From contig NMRA01000281.1 in NCBI GenBank assembly GCA_002633005.1, forward strand, positions 17,123 through 81,122: 64,000 bases of DNA. Reading direction: 5' to 3'. Origin of the DNA: Phoronis australis. Lineage: Eukaryota > Animalia > Phoronida. The notes beneath the pieces were generated by a model. It did not search any database. It was not told where the DNA came from and was given only the letters and a program-made list of their open reading frames with translations. Positions 50,764 through 63,917 of this stretch are shown here, piece after piece (position 1 is the stretch's first letter; each line of letters starts with the position of its first letter). Position numbers and translations under genes: made by a program.

Positions 50764-53330
50764 ATGAGATCGAGGTGCAATACTGCAGTACATGGTGTTT
50801 GATGTTCAGGAATGTTTTTTATCAGAATTTTATTGGCTAACTGATGCATGAACAGGGGAGATAACTCCATTATGCTACACATCGTACATGTGTCTGTTTT
50901 GGCTTTTTAGTGCTTATAACGGGGTGTTTTTTTCTTTCAATGTATCGTTTTATCATTAACAGTACCCGTAGACGAATACAGCTAGGCATGCGTCCACTTT
51001 ATTGTTTGTTATCACTGGTATGCATGACCGCAGTGGTGCTGCTTATTAGGTATGCCCCCCGTTCCACCTTTGGTGTATGGTCTTTTCTTCAATGCGTTTC
51101 TAATTTGTTACAAGCAACTGCTGTAAGAAATGGTGTTAGAGAGCTCAGGTCAAAATAGTCTTAAGGGATGATATGTTGACATCTGATGGACCTTATTTAC
51201 ATGGAAAATCACTTGAGATCTTTCATGACTTTCATTTAGTTGATGAATTTTGTTCCTGCTTTCCAGTGTTGCTCCTGTCAACAGAATCTTTCTTTTGAAA
51301 TAAAAGGCCGTGGTAAAATATTTCTTCCATCTGTACCCTAGTGTATATTAAGATTGCTGAGCTTCCTTGTAACAATTGTCATTCAGTTGTGTTTGGGCAA
51401 TGAACGTGTGTTATTGATATGTATCTGGGCAAAGTGCAACATGCTATTTAGTCCCTGGTTTTAACCTAGTGTTTGCATTGTCTTTTTTTAAACCAGAAAT
51501 TCAAAGCAACTGGACATTTTTTGTCTCCCTGTTCGATTTTTTATTTGGAAATTGAAAGCTATTATAGAAAATCGTTTTGCTTATTTATTTACGTTCTGCT
51601 TATTAATTTACTGTAAAATCTTACCAATTTCGGACAAAACAATTGCCAAAAATGCTCTTTTTTATTTTTCAAAGGCTTCGAACATTGCTGTGTATGCCCA
51701 CCAAGTTTCAAGTATTGTTTGGCAGTAGCTGTCTCACACAGTTTGTGAACAATGGAAAAACGTCCATTTGATGCTCTGCATTCTTTGATGAAAGAATGTC
51801 TGAGAAAATGAAATTTCACTTGTCCCTCATATTGTGACCTAAATTTGTGAGATTTTACCGTACAAAGTAAAGATTCCACCATTTTACTAATACTTTAAGT
51901 ATTTTTATGTGGGGCCAAGCTGTAATTTTATATTGGGTATTGACTTCCATTATTATTAGGATCACATTTTGAATTCTGTGTTGGTTGTTCTATTGTTGAA
52001 AAGTTTATTTGTTTTTGCTGGGTTAGGAGCTCTGTGCAGTTCTGATTGTAAGTGCGTTTTCTCATAAATGCTTTTTTTTGAAAAGTTGGCGTCAGATAAA
52101 GAAATGATGCTGTCAAAACTTCTTGTTAGAAGTTTTGGCGAGTAGTGCCCTCTCTTTAGGACATCTGTCAACATTTTTGATCAGTGCATGCCAATAATTT
52201 GGTCAATAACATGCCATTCTCCCTCAGTGATGTCCCACTGGTACAGGACTTCACGTGAAAAGATTCAGTTTTGGATCAGAACTCTAGTGACAAGTTTCAC
52301 GTTTTAGTCTCATCAATTGTGTTAAAAACAATACAGTCAGAAGGGTTGTTTATTTACTTTTTATTCAATAAAGAAGCATTTTGTAGGGTTTAAAATATTG
52401 TTAAATGATTTTCTTAACATGAGAAAAAAATTGAATTTTTCATGGAAACTCCAACAAATGGGTCCCCTTACATGGTGTTTACTCTATAAGGATGGGATGT
52501 TAACGTTCTTGCTCTAGGGGTGTGACTGGCCTAATTTCTCGTTGCCACTTCCACCAAATGGTGGAATACCACCCTGGGACAAAGTCATGGACGGTCTCGA
52601 CAATTTTCTTGTATACTTGTACCTGTACGCAAATTTGCGTACTTGAGGGGTTTACACCCTTGGTTTGTTTTAAAATATTCAGGGGAATGGTTTGAAAGTT
52701 GTGGGATTTGTTTTTATTTCGGTATTGGGGCGTCTGGGCTTGTATTCACTGTAGACCTACATGTATAGGTTTATTAAAACGCCAACGTACGTGGACAGCA
52801 TTCATTTTGAGCTGTCTTAGAACGTCTAATGATTAATATGCATGCTAATGACCACTGTTGCCAAGGAAACGCCCTTGCAACTTCCAGTTTAATCATTTTT
52901 GTTATACAATACAGCTGATAAGGCTTTAATTAAAATCCATCCTCATAGCCGAGCTGGTTGGTAATTACAACCGTGGCGTCCGAAGCTGATCAGTTTTTGA
53001 AGTGTGGATACTGAAAACTGAATTGACGTTAACTTCAATGTACTATGGGCTAACATAGCGATGGGCGCATTTAGACTTTCATGATTACATGCATTTGTTT
53101 GCTTATGCTAATGTTAGGTCTTCGACCTGGGGATATCAATTTTGGACAATTTTTGAAAATACGGAATGTACTCAAACATTGTCTGGTTTTCTCCAGAATT
53201 AGTATTACAGACTTCCAAACTTGCTTCATTATACCTGTACCAGATGGTAAAATGTATTGTTTCAAATCTTTGTAAGCCATTCACGAATAAAATAACCAGA
53301 CCCCACGTCTCTTGTTATCAGCATTTTAAG

Positions 53331-54135
53331 TTTATGCGCCCACATATTTATATGTGGACGCATTATGCCGTCATCTCCGGCCGTCCGTCCGGCGTCCTGC
53401 GTCCGCTGCTCTATCTCTAAAACGCCTTGATGTATCCTCATGAATTTTGCACGTGTTCCTCATTGGATGTGACGACATGAGCAAACTTTCGGACGGATCC
53501 GACTACAGGTGTGCCCCCTAGTGGCAATTTTAGTTTTTTACGTTTACCTCTGTATCTTCAAAGGTCCTCAACAGATTTTCATAAAATTTTGAATATAGGC
53601 ATCTTTTGGTTAGATGACGCTATCATCCGGTTTTTGGATGGAATCGAGGTATGTTGCGCCACCTGGTTGCCATTTTTGTTGTTTTCAAATCTTGTTTTTG
53701 GCGTCCCTCGATCAACCAAATCATTCGGGGGATGGTTTTGAAAATTAGCCTACATGTTTTCAGTGTGAAGAAGACGTTTGATGATGGCGACTGACTACTG
53801 TGGCGCCTCCTAGGTGGTAATTTTGTTTTCACTGCAGGATCTTTATTAAATTTAGAAAGTGAATTTATGAGAAGATAACATACGATGAATGTCAGGCGTA
53901 TCAAACGGACGCTGTGCCCACAAGTGGCAATTTCATTTTGTTTTGTTTTCCTTCGTTTCTCTGGAGTTCCTTGACAGATTTTATGAAATATGGCATGATC
54001 CCGTTTTTGGATGGAGTGAACGTTTTTGCGCCATCTAGTGGCCATTTTGATGATACAAATAAACAACCCTAAATGCACACCATTTGTGATGCATTAATTC
54101 GTGGGCGCATTTCAACGCTCCGCGTTGCTCTTGTT
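53331..54135 (+). mobile_element. HINE-like element, second copy
   Basis: Colinear with 35345-36115. Confidence 0.7.
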
Positions 54136-55619
54136 GAAACAGCTTTCCAACGAAGGCTTTGAAACCGGGTGGTACTGCAGCATCAAACATTTCGAAGTCA
54201 GATATATTTGTGGGGGTGGGGACTGAGCGCATTTCTGTGACCAGTGAAGCGGTATTTTTGATGTGCCGTGTGTGAACGTGAAACTGGCTTGATCACCATG
54301 TATTTTTTCCATGATGGTGAACGAAATCGTCGAGTTTTTGACAAGCCGATGTAGAATTAGTGGCAATCGGGGGTGTTTTTTGGTGGAGATAGTCCGGAGA
54401 ACGATGATGGCTAGCCACGCTAGGAACGACAATTTATTTTGATCCCTGAAACGTGGAAGAAATGTGTTAATACTTTGTGAATTGTGAGCTCTTGTATGCG
54501 GAACTACATGTACACCAGGTAGGGAAGCAAGCCAGTTTATCAAAAACAATTACCACGGACGTTTCGAAGTTGTTTTGATCAGTCATAAGTTTATTCCGGT
54601 TGGTGTTTAAGTTAAAGAACTGAACTAAACTCGTCTACGTAAGTTAGCTGACATTAGTCAGGGTTCCGGAATTCTTATCTCTTACGGCCCCAGAAACCCT
54701 TCATCGGGTACTGAACTAAGGTCCCGAAGCAATCGAACTTCTGCAACTAAAGTTTATTGTCCTATCGTTGGGTCGTGTTCCTGGATTAAAACATCCGTCG
54801 AGAGTTCAACAAAATTTCACTGATTGCTACTAGATCTGTTATCTTGTCACATTATTCTCGCCGAATAATTTTATGTAATTCCATACCCCTGTATTTATTT
54901 CGTGATGAAAAATGACGTTGTGACTGACTTTTGGACCTGACCACCTACGGTGAATCACGTGATCGGCTTCACTGAGGCAATTAACACGCCTCAAGTTTCA
55001 GTGTTAAAGTTCGCCAATTACTTTGTCTTAATTTGCTGCTTTCCGTTTTGACAAATTAAGCGTCTTTTTGAAAAATTAGTCATTACAGCGATTGTCACCA
55101 CCGTAAAACGTGGTTTGGAATTTTAGACCGAAAGCAAAACTGATTTTTCGACTGTTGACACAAAATTGCGTTTTTAAGCGATTGCTGTTCGGAACACGAT
55201 ATCTTAGGAATGAGTCTATCGATTTGAAAATTGTTTGAATTTCCTGACGCCATATTAATTCTCTCAAGTGGGAACAGCGTTTCGTTTTTTTATCCAGAGT
55301 TGTATTATTTTTAGAAAAGTGCCAATACTGAACGTATTTTTTGCGTTTAAAAGACATATTGGTGTCGGCAATGAAAAATTCCAGATGGCGTTTTTGAGCA
55401 TTCAACTTTTAAGCCGGAAATTTGATGAATAATAGTGAGAAAAAACTTTTTCCCTATCAAGAACATTTAAAATTGACATTTTGCCAAAACATTGACTAAT
55501 AAAATGGCACGATGTTGTGAATGCCATGAATAGATTTGATACGACTCCCAATTTCAGAATGTAGTTTAAATGTAATTAGCGGTACACGTAACTTTAAGAA
55601 TGACATTCAAAATACAAGA

Positions 55620-56697
55620 ACGTCGGTAGAGACTTTGCCGCTGGATATTATCACGGTCACCGAAAACGCCGCATGACGACTATCTCCCGACATGGCTGCT
55701 CAACTTAGGAGTGATGTAACGCGCGGAGAAAATGCCACCACCGAACATCAGCCGCGGAGAGAGAAGGGCCCTTACTGAACCCAAACGCAACAAGGACATT
55801 GCCATCTTACCGGCTGACAAGGGAAAAGCCGCAGTCTTACTTGAGACAGAGGCATACAGACAGAAAATCGATGACCACTTGCCTGATACCAATACCTACA
55901 AACCTCCAACCCTACTGACAAGTACCTTAATCAGTTAGTTAATATTCTAAGAGGCTGGAAAAGAAAGCACACCATTAATGATAGTCTATACTGGGATCTC
56001 TACCCATCCTCTGAACAGCCNACACAAACTCAGCATCCCGCTAAGAACTTTTGTATCGTGTTTTGGCAGCATTACCTATGGAGCAGCCAAATACCTTGCT
56101 AAAGTATACAGACCGCTAAGAGGGAACACCATCCATAGTGTTCTCAAGACAGTCAAGCTGTTGTCGATGAGATCTAAAGGCACCCCGTGGTAACAAGCTG
56201 GTCTCATTCGATGTTAACGCCCTGTTCACCAGTGTTCCTATGGAGTACTTACCATTATACGTGATCGTTTGAATAGGAACAACGAACCGAAGTTTCTGTT
56301 GATCAAATTTGCCAGTTGCAGAGTTTGTGTCTCATTACTACGTACATGTACAATGTAACAATCAGATTTACCAACACTGCCACGGAGCGAGTATGGGGTC
56401 CCCAGTCTCACCAGCCCGCGTAGACATCTACATGGAGTACTTTGATAGGCAAGCTGTAGAAACTGTCCCACACCCTCTCAGTACCTTGCTGAGATATGTG
56501 AACGATGCGTTTCTTTGCTAACATCAACACCATTGACCGTCCCATTTAATTCACCATGGAACCTGAGACCGACAGCAAACTGCCATTCCTCGATTTATGC
56601 ATATTTGTCAACGATGACGGTTCCGCCAAGATTACTGTGGTCACTCATACCGATCAATACCTGAACTTTCACTCAAATCACCCGTTACAGCACAAAT
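55620..56697 (+). mobile_element. Decayed Penelope-like retroelement (RT fragment)
   Basis: Frameshifted motifs PPNISR.E..AL, ILPADKG, LVSFDV.ALFTSVP, G.SMGSPVSP, RYV(N)[18 protein letters not shown]. Confidence 0.85.
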
Positions 56698-57397
56698 TCT
56701 TCTTCTTCATTACGAACAGATGGGGTAGAATTAGAGGACATTGTTATTTCTTACGTGCAAACTCCCAATGAAATTTTTACCAACTAATAATTATTAATAA
56801 CGTTTATTTTAGTACTTAGACCGCCAGCACATAGCAGATACAGATAACTGTGTAATTAATATCATGAGGAGATGTGACCTAATACACGGAATACGATTAA
56901 CTATAAAAACTTGGTGAATGAAGCGAGCTGATTTCCAAATATTTTAGAGTTCATCAAATAGATAAAGGGTCAGCCAAAGCCGTTTTTAACATAAAACAAC
57001 ACCAAACGTTTTTCTTAGACTTTCATACCCTGGACATTCTATAAAAACGTATCTCTCACCCTCAGTAGCGTCAGAACACACAGAAAAGAAACGCTGTTCT
57101 GCAGCTATACAAATTAAACGTGTCTGCAACTTTCGACTTTCAGTTCATGATTTGAACACAAAAATCATGCATATGAATACAGATGACATATATAAACCAG
57201 TAAGTAAGGTGTTCCATTGACAAAAATACGACATCAATAACAACCAAAACCATGTTATTTATGAATGATAAAATGCTCCACTGCAGTTTATGATACTGCC
57301 ACTGCCATGTTTTGTCTACAGTGACTCGAACTATTATCTTCCCAACGTCGCATGGCGAGTAGCACAACAAATGACCGCCAGCAACACCAAACAGATT

Positions 57398-58639
57398 CTA
57401 CCTTCGCTGGCCATTGAATAGCATGTGTCTTGGTTTGAAGATATTGCGCAAATTTTTTCGCAGAGTTCGATTCATGGCAACATAGATCACAAAGTTCATA
57501 GCAGCAGAGGCAGAATATAGTCTCTGGCACACAACGTACAAATCTGTAGTGTTGTCGACAAAGTGCTCTAGAGCAAGAGGTAGGAATCCCGGAAGCATGT
57601 AATAGATGACGTATCCAATGAAAAGTACAATTATGATCTTGAAAATTCTTGCGTCTTTACGCGGCAGGCCTACTCGTTCAGTCACACGACGATTGGGCCG
57701 TGATCTCGTTTTGGTCTCCTTCGTAACAGTCAACCTTTGTGGTTCGCACTCACCATGTTGCTTCGAAGTACCGGCCTCGCGAATGTCTCTTAAAGACGGA
57801 CCTTTTATGTTACTCCGACCTTCTTCAAGTGATACATGTAAAAGAGTTTCCTTTGTTGAACGCTGTGAGGTCGATTGTCCTGATTGCCCTCCAGGTTCAA
57901 TATCTTTAAGTACATGTATACCATTAGGGGAACCTTTTGAAACTTCAGTTGTTTTACTCATCTGTGTGAGATTGCCACGTCGGCCGAAATTGCTGTGGTC
58001 GTGGACAGTCCTAAGACTTCTGTTAACAAACCGATGCATTTTCAGATAAAAGATAGGTGTTGCAAGTACCGCTGGCCCTATAATTACACAGTAAAATGTG
58101 ATCTTCCACGGCAAATATTTTGATAAGCAAAGCATTCGGGAACCGTCGTATTGAGGGCTGTCGCCGAGAAACGTCATGGACATGACAATAAGAGGAACAG
58201 TGAACACAAAGAGAAGCGAAATCGTGACCATTGGTTTCTTCTTCAAGCTCAGCTTGTCGTGAACAATCTGGAGGTATCTTGTCATCGCTATTGCCAACAG
58301 CATGAGAGAGTTGAAGCTCCCCGTCAGAAAAAGTGTGTAAAACACGTACAAACATGCCGTTGAATTCTTGTACCAATCATTCGCCGCTAAAGAAGAGATA
58401 AACCACGGCATGACAAATAGACAATCATAGAGGTGAATAGCGCTCATTGTGAACACCAAGCACTCAAATACAGTTTTAAATGCTCGTTTGCGGATGAAGA
58501 CGATCAAAGTAGCTAAGTGTCCGAATCCACCAGTCAGAAGCAGTAACACATTGATAGACATCGATGCGTACTTGGCTGCAACACTAACGCCTAGAGGGCT
58601 TTCGGAAGCGTTTGGGGTTGATTTCATGTAGTCCTCCAT
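57398..58639 (-). CDS. Class A (rhodopsin-like) orphan GPCR, intronless CDS, melatonin/GPR84/Moody-Tre1-like features
   Basis: Seven hydrophobic segments, TM3 and ECL2 cysteines, LAIAMTRY (DRY variant), long polar ICL3, TM6 YYMLP, TM7 MNFVIY, helix 8 NRTLRK. Likely start is ATG 58639 or 58627 (N-terminal NAS sequon); the ORF track starts it at 58711. Confidence 0.9.
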   Translation of the reverse strand: MEDYMKSTPNASESPLGVSVAAKYASMSINVLLLLTGGFGHLATLIVFIRKRAFKTVFECLVFTMSAIHLYDCLFVMPWFISSLAANDWYKNSTACLYVFYTLFLTGSFNSLMLLAIAMTRYLQIVHDKLSLKKKPMVTISLLFVFTVPLIVMSMTFLGDSPQYDGSRMLCLSKYLPWKITFYCVIIGPAVLATPIFYLKMHRFVNRSLRTVHDHSNFGRRGNLTQMSKTTEVSKGSPNGIHVLKDIEPGGQSGQSTSQRSTKETLLHVSLEEGRSNIKGPSLRDIREAGTSKQHGECEPQRLTVTKETKTRSRPNRRVTERVGLPRKDARIFKIIIVLFIGYVIYYMLPGFLPLALEHFVDNTTDLYVVCQRLYSASAAMNFVIYVAMNRTLRKNLRNIFKPRHMLFNGQRR

Positions 58640-58702
58640 CACGTAGAACGACGAAATCCAACGAGCTTCTATATACTCTGAAATTACGTACATGTAAGCA
58701 GA

Positions 58703-61700
58703 TAAGTACAAATGTTAGACTAAACGTTCACTGTATGATACGAGCGCCAAATTTGGTCTGTAGGTCTAACTCAAAAAAGCCAAAAAATGGCGGCATTTTT
58801 CAAGATGGCAACTATTTGCCAAATTCAATGTCACCTGTTCTTGCACAGCATGGGGATGTTGAGCAATTTGTTTGATTTTGATGTCAAAATATTTGTAATT
58901 TTGCATGTACAATCTAAAATTATGTTTGAATAAAGTACTGTGAACATTAGTAGCATGTTTTGCTCATTTTATTTCAAAACACCAACGTAGAGGAAACTAA
59001 CGTAGCAAATTCAGCAAGCTTGGTTAACCTTTATATTTTCTTAAATTATCTTCGCTCCTAGATTGTTTGGAATATATTTTTTTATTCTCCCAGTTCATCA
59101 TAAGCAAGAACAAAGGTCTGGGCTTCCCTTGCTTTACTTTACAATTCAATGAAATTAAAGTTAAATGTATACTTCAACAGGATTTTAGAAATACATTTAA
59201 AGAGAAAAAAACATACAAGACAATGTAGTAGTTTTTGGCTCTGAAAAGGGGAGATAGTATTTTGGAATGATAAAATATCCTTACATTGCTATTAAATTAT
59301 GCATTTGTGACCTCCTGTTTCTAAATTTTTCCATTTGTAAATTTTTTGAGTAAATATATTTTTGACAGGTGTAATAACTATTAATTTCTTTTGTTAATAT
59401 AATTAAATATGGAGGTTTACCATTGAGACGTTGCTTATATAAATGGAACTCGCAAAGACACATAATTAAATTTTGAATTGGCTGCCTTCTACATCTGTTT
59501 CCAAAGAAAATTGTGAGTACATTTGTACCCAGGGAGATACTGTTTTTTCTAACCCAATCTTCAACATTGTTCCAAAATTTTGAACAACATCACATTGTCA
59601 GTATAAGTTAAGCAAAGTCTCAGTTTCACTCTTACAAAACGTACACAAGGGGGAGTTACTGACCCCAATTTTGACAAGATAAGAGTTACAGCTGATTATC
59701 CTATGTGGCAGTCTAAATTGAAACCAAAAAAGTTTTACTTCAAGTGTAAAGTTCACAAAGTAGGCATTTTCCACCATTCAATAGTGTATGGTATAGCAAG
59801 TTCTGCCTGCCACCTCATCTCAGACATTGGTCTAAAATTGAACTTTTTGCAAAAATCTTCAAAAGATAACAAATATCCATGCTAGTCTAGTAGGTCTGAG
59901 ATATAATAAACATACTTTTCAAACCATCTTCTCCAAAGAACAGTTTCTCCACCAATCAATACATTAGTGTTATACCAAATTGGTATTTCCTTCTGATCTA
60001 TTATATTAGAAAAAACATACAGAAAGTTAAATAGTTCCTTCCAAACAGGATTCTCAGTTTGAGAAGCGGCATATTTGTGGAAATAGTTCCCAGATTTTAG
60101 ACACTCCAATGATATCAAATCAGTGTTTAAGAGGAGACTTAACCATGCTGTAGAATTTGTGACTTTAAGATACTACGCATCCATGTTATCAAAACTGCCT
60201 TTACAAAAGAGTAAATATCTATTATTTTAGAACCACCAGATTCATAATGTCGAATAATGGTTTTGCGACTAATTCTGTCACACTTTCCTCCCCAAATATA
60301 ATTAAAAACAGTTTTTCTAAATATTTACAGAGCAGATTGTTGGGGATTGGCAAACATGACAAGACATGGATCAGTTTTGGGAGAAGAAATGATTTGACCA
60401 CCGTAACTTTAAATTACCCATTTCCCGGATGTCAGTAGAAAAAACAATCTCGGGCATAGTAAACTGTGAACTATACCATTTTAAGTCCTTTTCAGAACAA
60501 ACCCTTGAATTGATTTGCCTCATAGAACCTATCTAGATAAAAGTTGTTTTTTCTAAATTTGGAGTTAAATTTGTAGTTAGACCTGAATACTTCGAGAACT
60601 GGTCAAGCAGATCAAGAGAGTTTTTTAATGATCTTGCGGAACCATCAAGGATGATAGCAGTGTCATCTCCATATTGGACTAGTTTAAGTTCTTGAGATCC
60701 AATCTAGATACCTTTTATATTTTTGTTTTTCCTAAAGAGATTTCCCATAATCTCAGCACATAGTAGAAAAATATAGGGAGATGAACGGTTTCCTTGTTTG
60801 CACCCACTACCCATTTTAAAAAATGAAAAGTTTTTCCATATTGAATTACGCAAGCCATAACTCCCTCATTAAGCCACTTTTTGATGTTTCGGCCAAAATT
60901 AAAAAGACATGGTTTTTTGTAGGAAACAGTCGAACGCCTCAAAATCAACCAGGATCAGTAATCCAGAGATATTCAGTTGGTCAGTTGCACAGATAAGATA
61001 AAAAATTAATCGAATATTTTCTCCAATGAATCTAACAGCATTAAAGCCTTTCTGGTTTTCGTGGATCAAGCAATTTAAGACAGACTTAACACGTTCAGCA
61101 ATACAGGCTGAAATGAATTTATAATTTATATTGAGCAATGAAATTGGCCTCCAGTTTTTGAGTAGTTCCTTAGGTTTGTTAGCTTTTGGAATAATTTGTA
61201 GCCAGTTCGACATGTAATAGATGAGATCAGAGATGCAATGAAGTTTTTCAAGCCTGTGATGACGGTGGATCAATCAATTGGCACAATAGCCAAGCAGGTT
61301 CAATGATGGTGGCCTGATGAGTACGGCGAGCAGAAATTTGTCATCTTGTTTGGAGGTTAACACATCAAAATGAACGAGTTACGCTCTCGGGGTTCCCTTG
61401 TTCAAGGCAGTAGGTGACAGGAGTTCTATCTGAAGCAGGTGTGGTCCCACCTGGCACAGTTGATTCATTTCTGTCAGCTGCAGGTGTCACGAAGACCTGA
61501 TAAGCCCATCAGATGACACTGTGTAGCGTCTACAGGCTGTGAAGTCGGCCTAAAATGCCTACTGTATAAAGGAAGTTGTCACCTTGTTACTTGCTCTGTT
61601 GTATCTCAGCTCATAGCGCAATACGAGGAATCATAAGCGTTGAATTGTGGCCAAGCAGAAAAGCCACCACGAACAGACCGTGACCAATCAGAGAACATTC

Positions 61701-63649
61701 CTGGAAAAGGTACAAAGGTTGACCAGTACAATAGAGGAAATGGGAAATCAATTCGAAGAAAAAGAAACTGGAGATCTGCTGAGACTGGACAACAAAGATG
61801 TTGCTCAAACGTGGCCGAGAAGGTGGTTACACACATCTCAATTGAGAGGGCGTACTTTGAGAAATTTATAGCAACACAGGAAAATGAAGACACTGGCTCC
61901 TTCTATGCTCCTATCAGAAAAGACAAAGATGAACTTCTTTCACCAAGAAAGACTCCAAACTTTTGCAAAAAAGAAAGTGTTGAAGGAAGACATCCAGCTG
62001 TTCTCTAGGCTATTCATCTCCTGTCAGAGCAGAAAAATGCGGTCTTCAAGAGTATTTTTAGCCACGGGAATCAGCAATTCTCAGCGACGGCGGAAGCTCC
62101 ACTTCTGCCAGAAATCACGGCTAGCTGCCATTTTTAAGCCAAGGCCACACTGCCTTGCGCAGTACCTGAAACTGATGTCATCATAACCGTTGGCTCAGCT
62201 GAAAGTATGCCCTCGTGGAAGTTGTCCCAAAAGTTGAAGCATGGGCCATGAAATATCAGAGAACAGTTATTGTATTTGATGTTTATTTAACATTCAGCCT
62301 GAAATCAGAAAAACTTAGAAACGTGAACATGGAGCCAGACGCGGGTCACAGGCTCTGGCAAAGTGCAACTAAACTGGCGCAGCTTCCTCTGTCATTCTGC
62401 CAACAAAATTGAACTGTTTGAATTTCTTGCTAAGATAGTAGTGGAGCTGCTCGCGGAATACCATGCCGTCATCACTAAAGATCCTGATCTCCTCAGTAGC
62501 CAACCCAAGACGAGTCTGAGTAGGATTACTCCTTGCAGTCATGAGAAAGCAGACACAAGAATCTCCTTACATGCCAGTCATGCTGTGAAGGAGGGCATGC
62601 AAAAATATCATGATAAATGCCAATGGCACAGGTGTTCTCGTGGTCGCTGTCAGTTCCTTCAAATAACTGCAAGAACCAGGACGTCGGGAATTATGGTTTA
62701 CTTTGGTCAAGGCGGCAACCCCAAGTGGATTCCAGTACATGGGTTTGTTTTGACTCGTGCTCCAGAAAAGAACCGCGTGATGCTGTCCTTTCACTCCTTC
62801 AGGGGCTGAAATATCGTTTCGTCATGAATAGCAAAGGGGAAGAAGTCAGGATGGCAGACATAAGATGTGTATCCTAAATTTCCAGGGATGTTAAGCTAGT
62901 TGAGTTGCTATCCTGTGACCCTTGAAGTCCTTGACACGAAGTTGTCATTGTGATGTATGACCGGTCTAACTCGGCTGAAGCAGTTGACGATGCACGGCTA
63001 GAACTTTTTGCAAGGAAGCAAATGATGCGTGAAGCCATGCCTCTTGAACTTCTGCAGCCCTTGTTTTTTGGCGCATCAAGTATGCATCTTATCAAGCGCA
63101 GTGTATATGGAGCCAAGCCCTGGTTCGTCAGCCCAGTGCGGAGAGTCCCGCATATTGGGGATCGAATCAAGAAGAAGACAACTGGACAGACATCTGGTCT
63201 GCATTTTCCCCAGTAGCTTGGATTTGCCAACAGCTCACTAAGTGTCAGTGCAATACAGTGACGCGGAAGATGCAAGTGTTTAAGTCCAGCTTGAGATGCA
63301 CAGCTTTGTGTAGCTCCGCGCTCACTGAATGAAACATTCATTACTAAACCGAATTACTGCTGTTGCAAAACCAGTTAAAACTTGTAAAATAGTTGTGTAT
63401 GCTCGGTAAAATAACATTCGCAGCTTCTTCTAGTTGCCAAAATCATATTGTTAAATGTACAAAACGATGTTTAGGTCTAGGTCGAGGGACATCTACAAAA
63501 TAAAAAACCAAGTCACCGATGGCAGCAATCTTGAAAAATGGCTGCCATTTTGATTTTTCAGGTGGCTAACGTGCTTTTTGAAATCTATGCGTGCCAAATT
63601 TGGTGCTTGTATCATAATTTGAACGATTTTTCGATTATTTGTTCCACTA
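58703..63649 (+). mobile_element. Decayed Academ-type DNA transposon with imperfect long TIRs (LINE nested inside)
   Basis: Left 58725-58808 (CGTTCA..TATGATAC.AGC.CCAAATTTGG...AAAATGGC.GC(C)ATTTTTCAAGAT) matches the reverse complement of 63526-63625; the right end terminates CCACTA at 63649. Coding remnants at 61215-63330: PV.TVDQ..IAKQVQ..WPDEYGEQKFV..FGG.HI.M, SHEKADTRI.LH, WIPVH, ARLELF, Cys-rich end. Confidence 0.7.
59400..61200 (-). mobile_element. 5'-truncated, decayed non-LTR retrotransposon (L1/Tx1-like RT and C-terminal zinc finger)
   Basis: KNWRPISLLN.NYK, GF..RFIGENIR, QYGDDT.I.LDGS and CTFCK...ET motifs, interrupted by stops and frameshifts. Confidence 0.85.
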
Positions 63650-63861
63650 TTGCAAACAAAATTTGAAAAGTCTAAAAACCCGTAGAAGAAGAAGCATTAT
63701 GACGGAATACACTCCTTGACCAGTTTCTGGTCATTCTGGTGCATTTTGAGTCAAAACATTATAATCAGAAAAAATCCCTAGATTATCGTATCAAACGCAA
63801 TAAATATGATTGTTGTTAGCGTATCGATGTAAGAGTCACAACAATGTGAAAGGGAAGGAAA

Positions 63862-63917
63862 AAGAATAAGAAAAAGATAAAGAGTAATAATAAGAATAAG
63901 AATAAGATAAAGATAAA
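63862..63917. repeat. Degenerate (AAGAT/AGAAT)n pentanucleotide microsatellite
   Basis: taagaataagaataagataaagataaa. Confidence 0.7.

Noticed and set aside
57606-58049. 147-aa + strand ORF
   Set aside because: It is an antisense shadow of the GPCR third intracellular loop.
58640-58711. N-terminal 24 codons of the 437-aa GPCR ORF
   Set aside because: The first ATG overlaps the transposon end and lies upstream of a candidate splice acceptor; later ATGs are more plausible.
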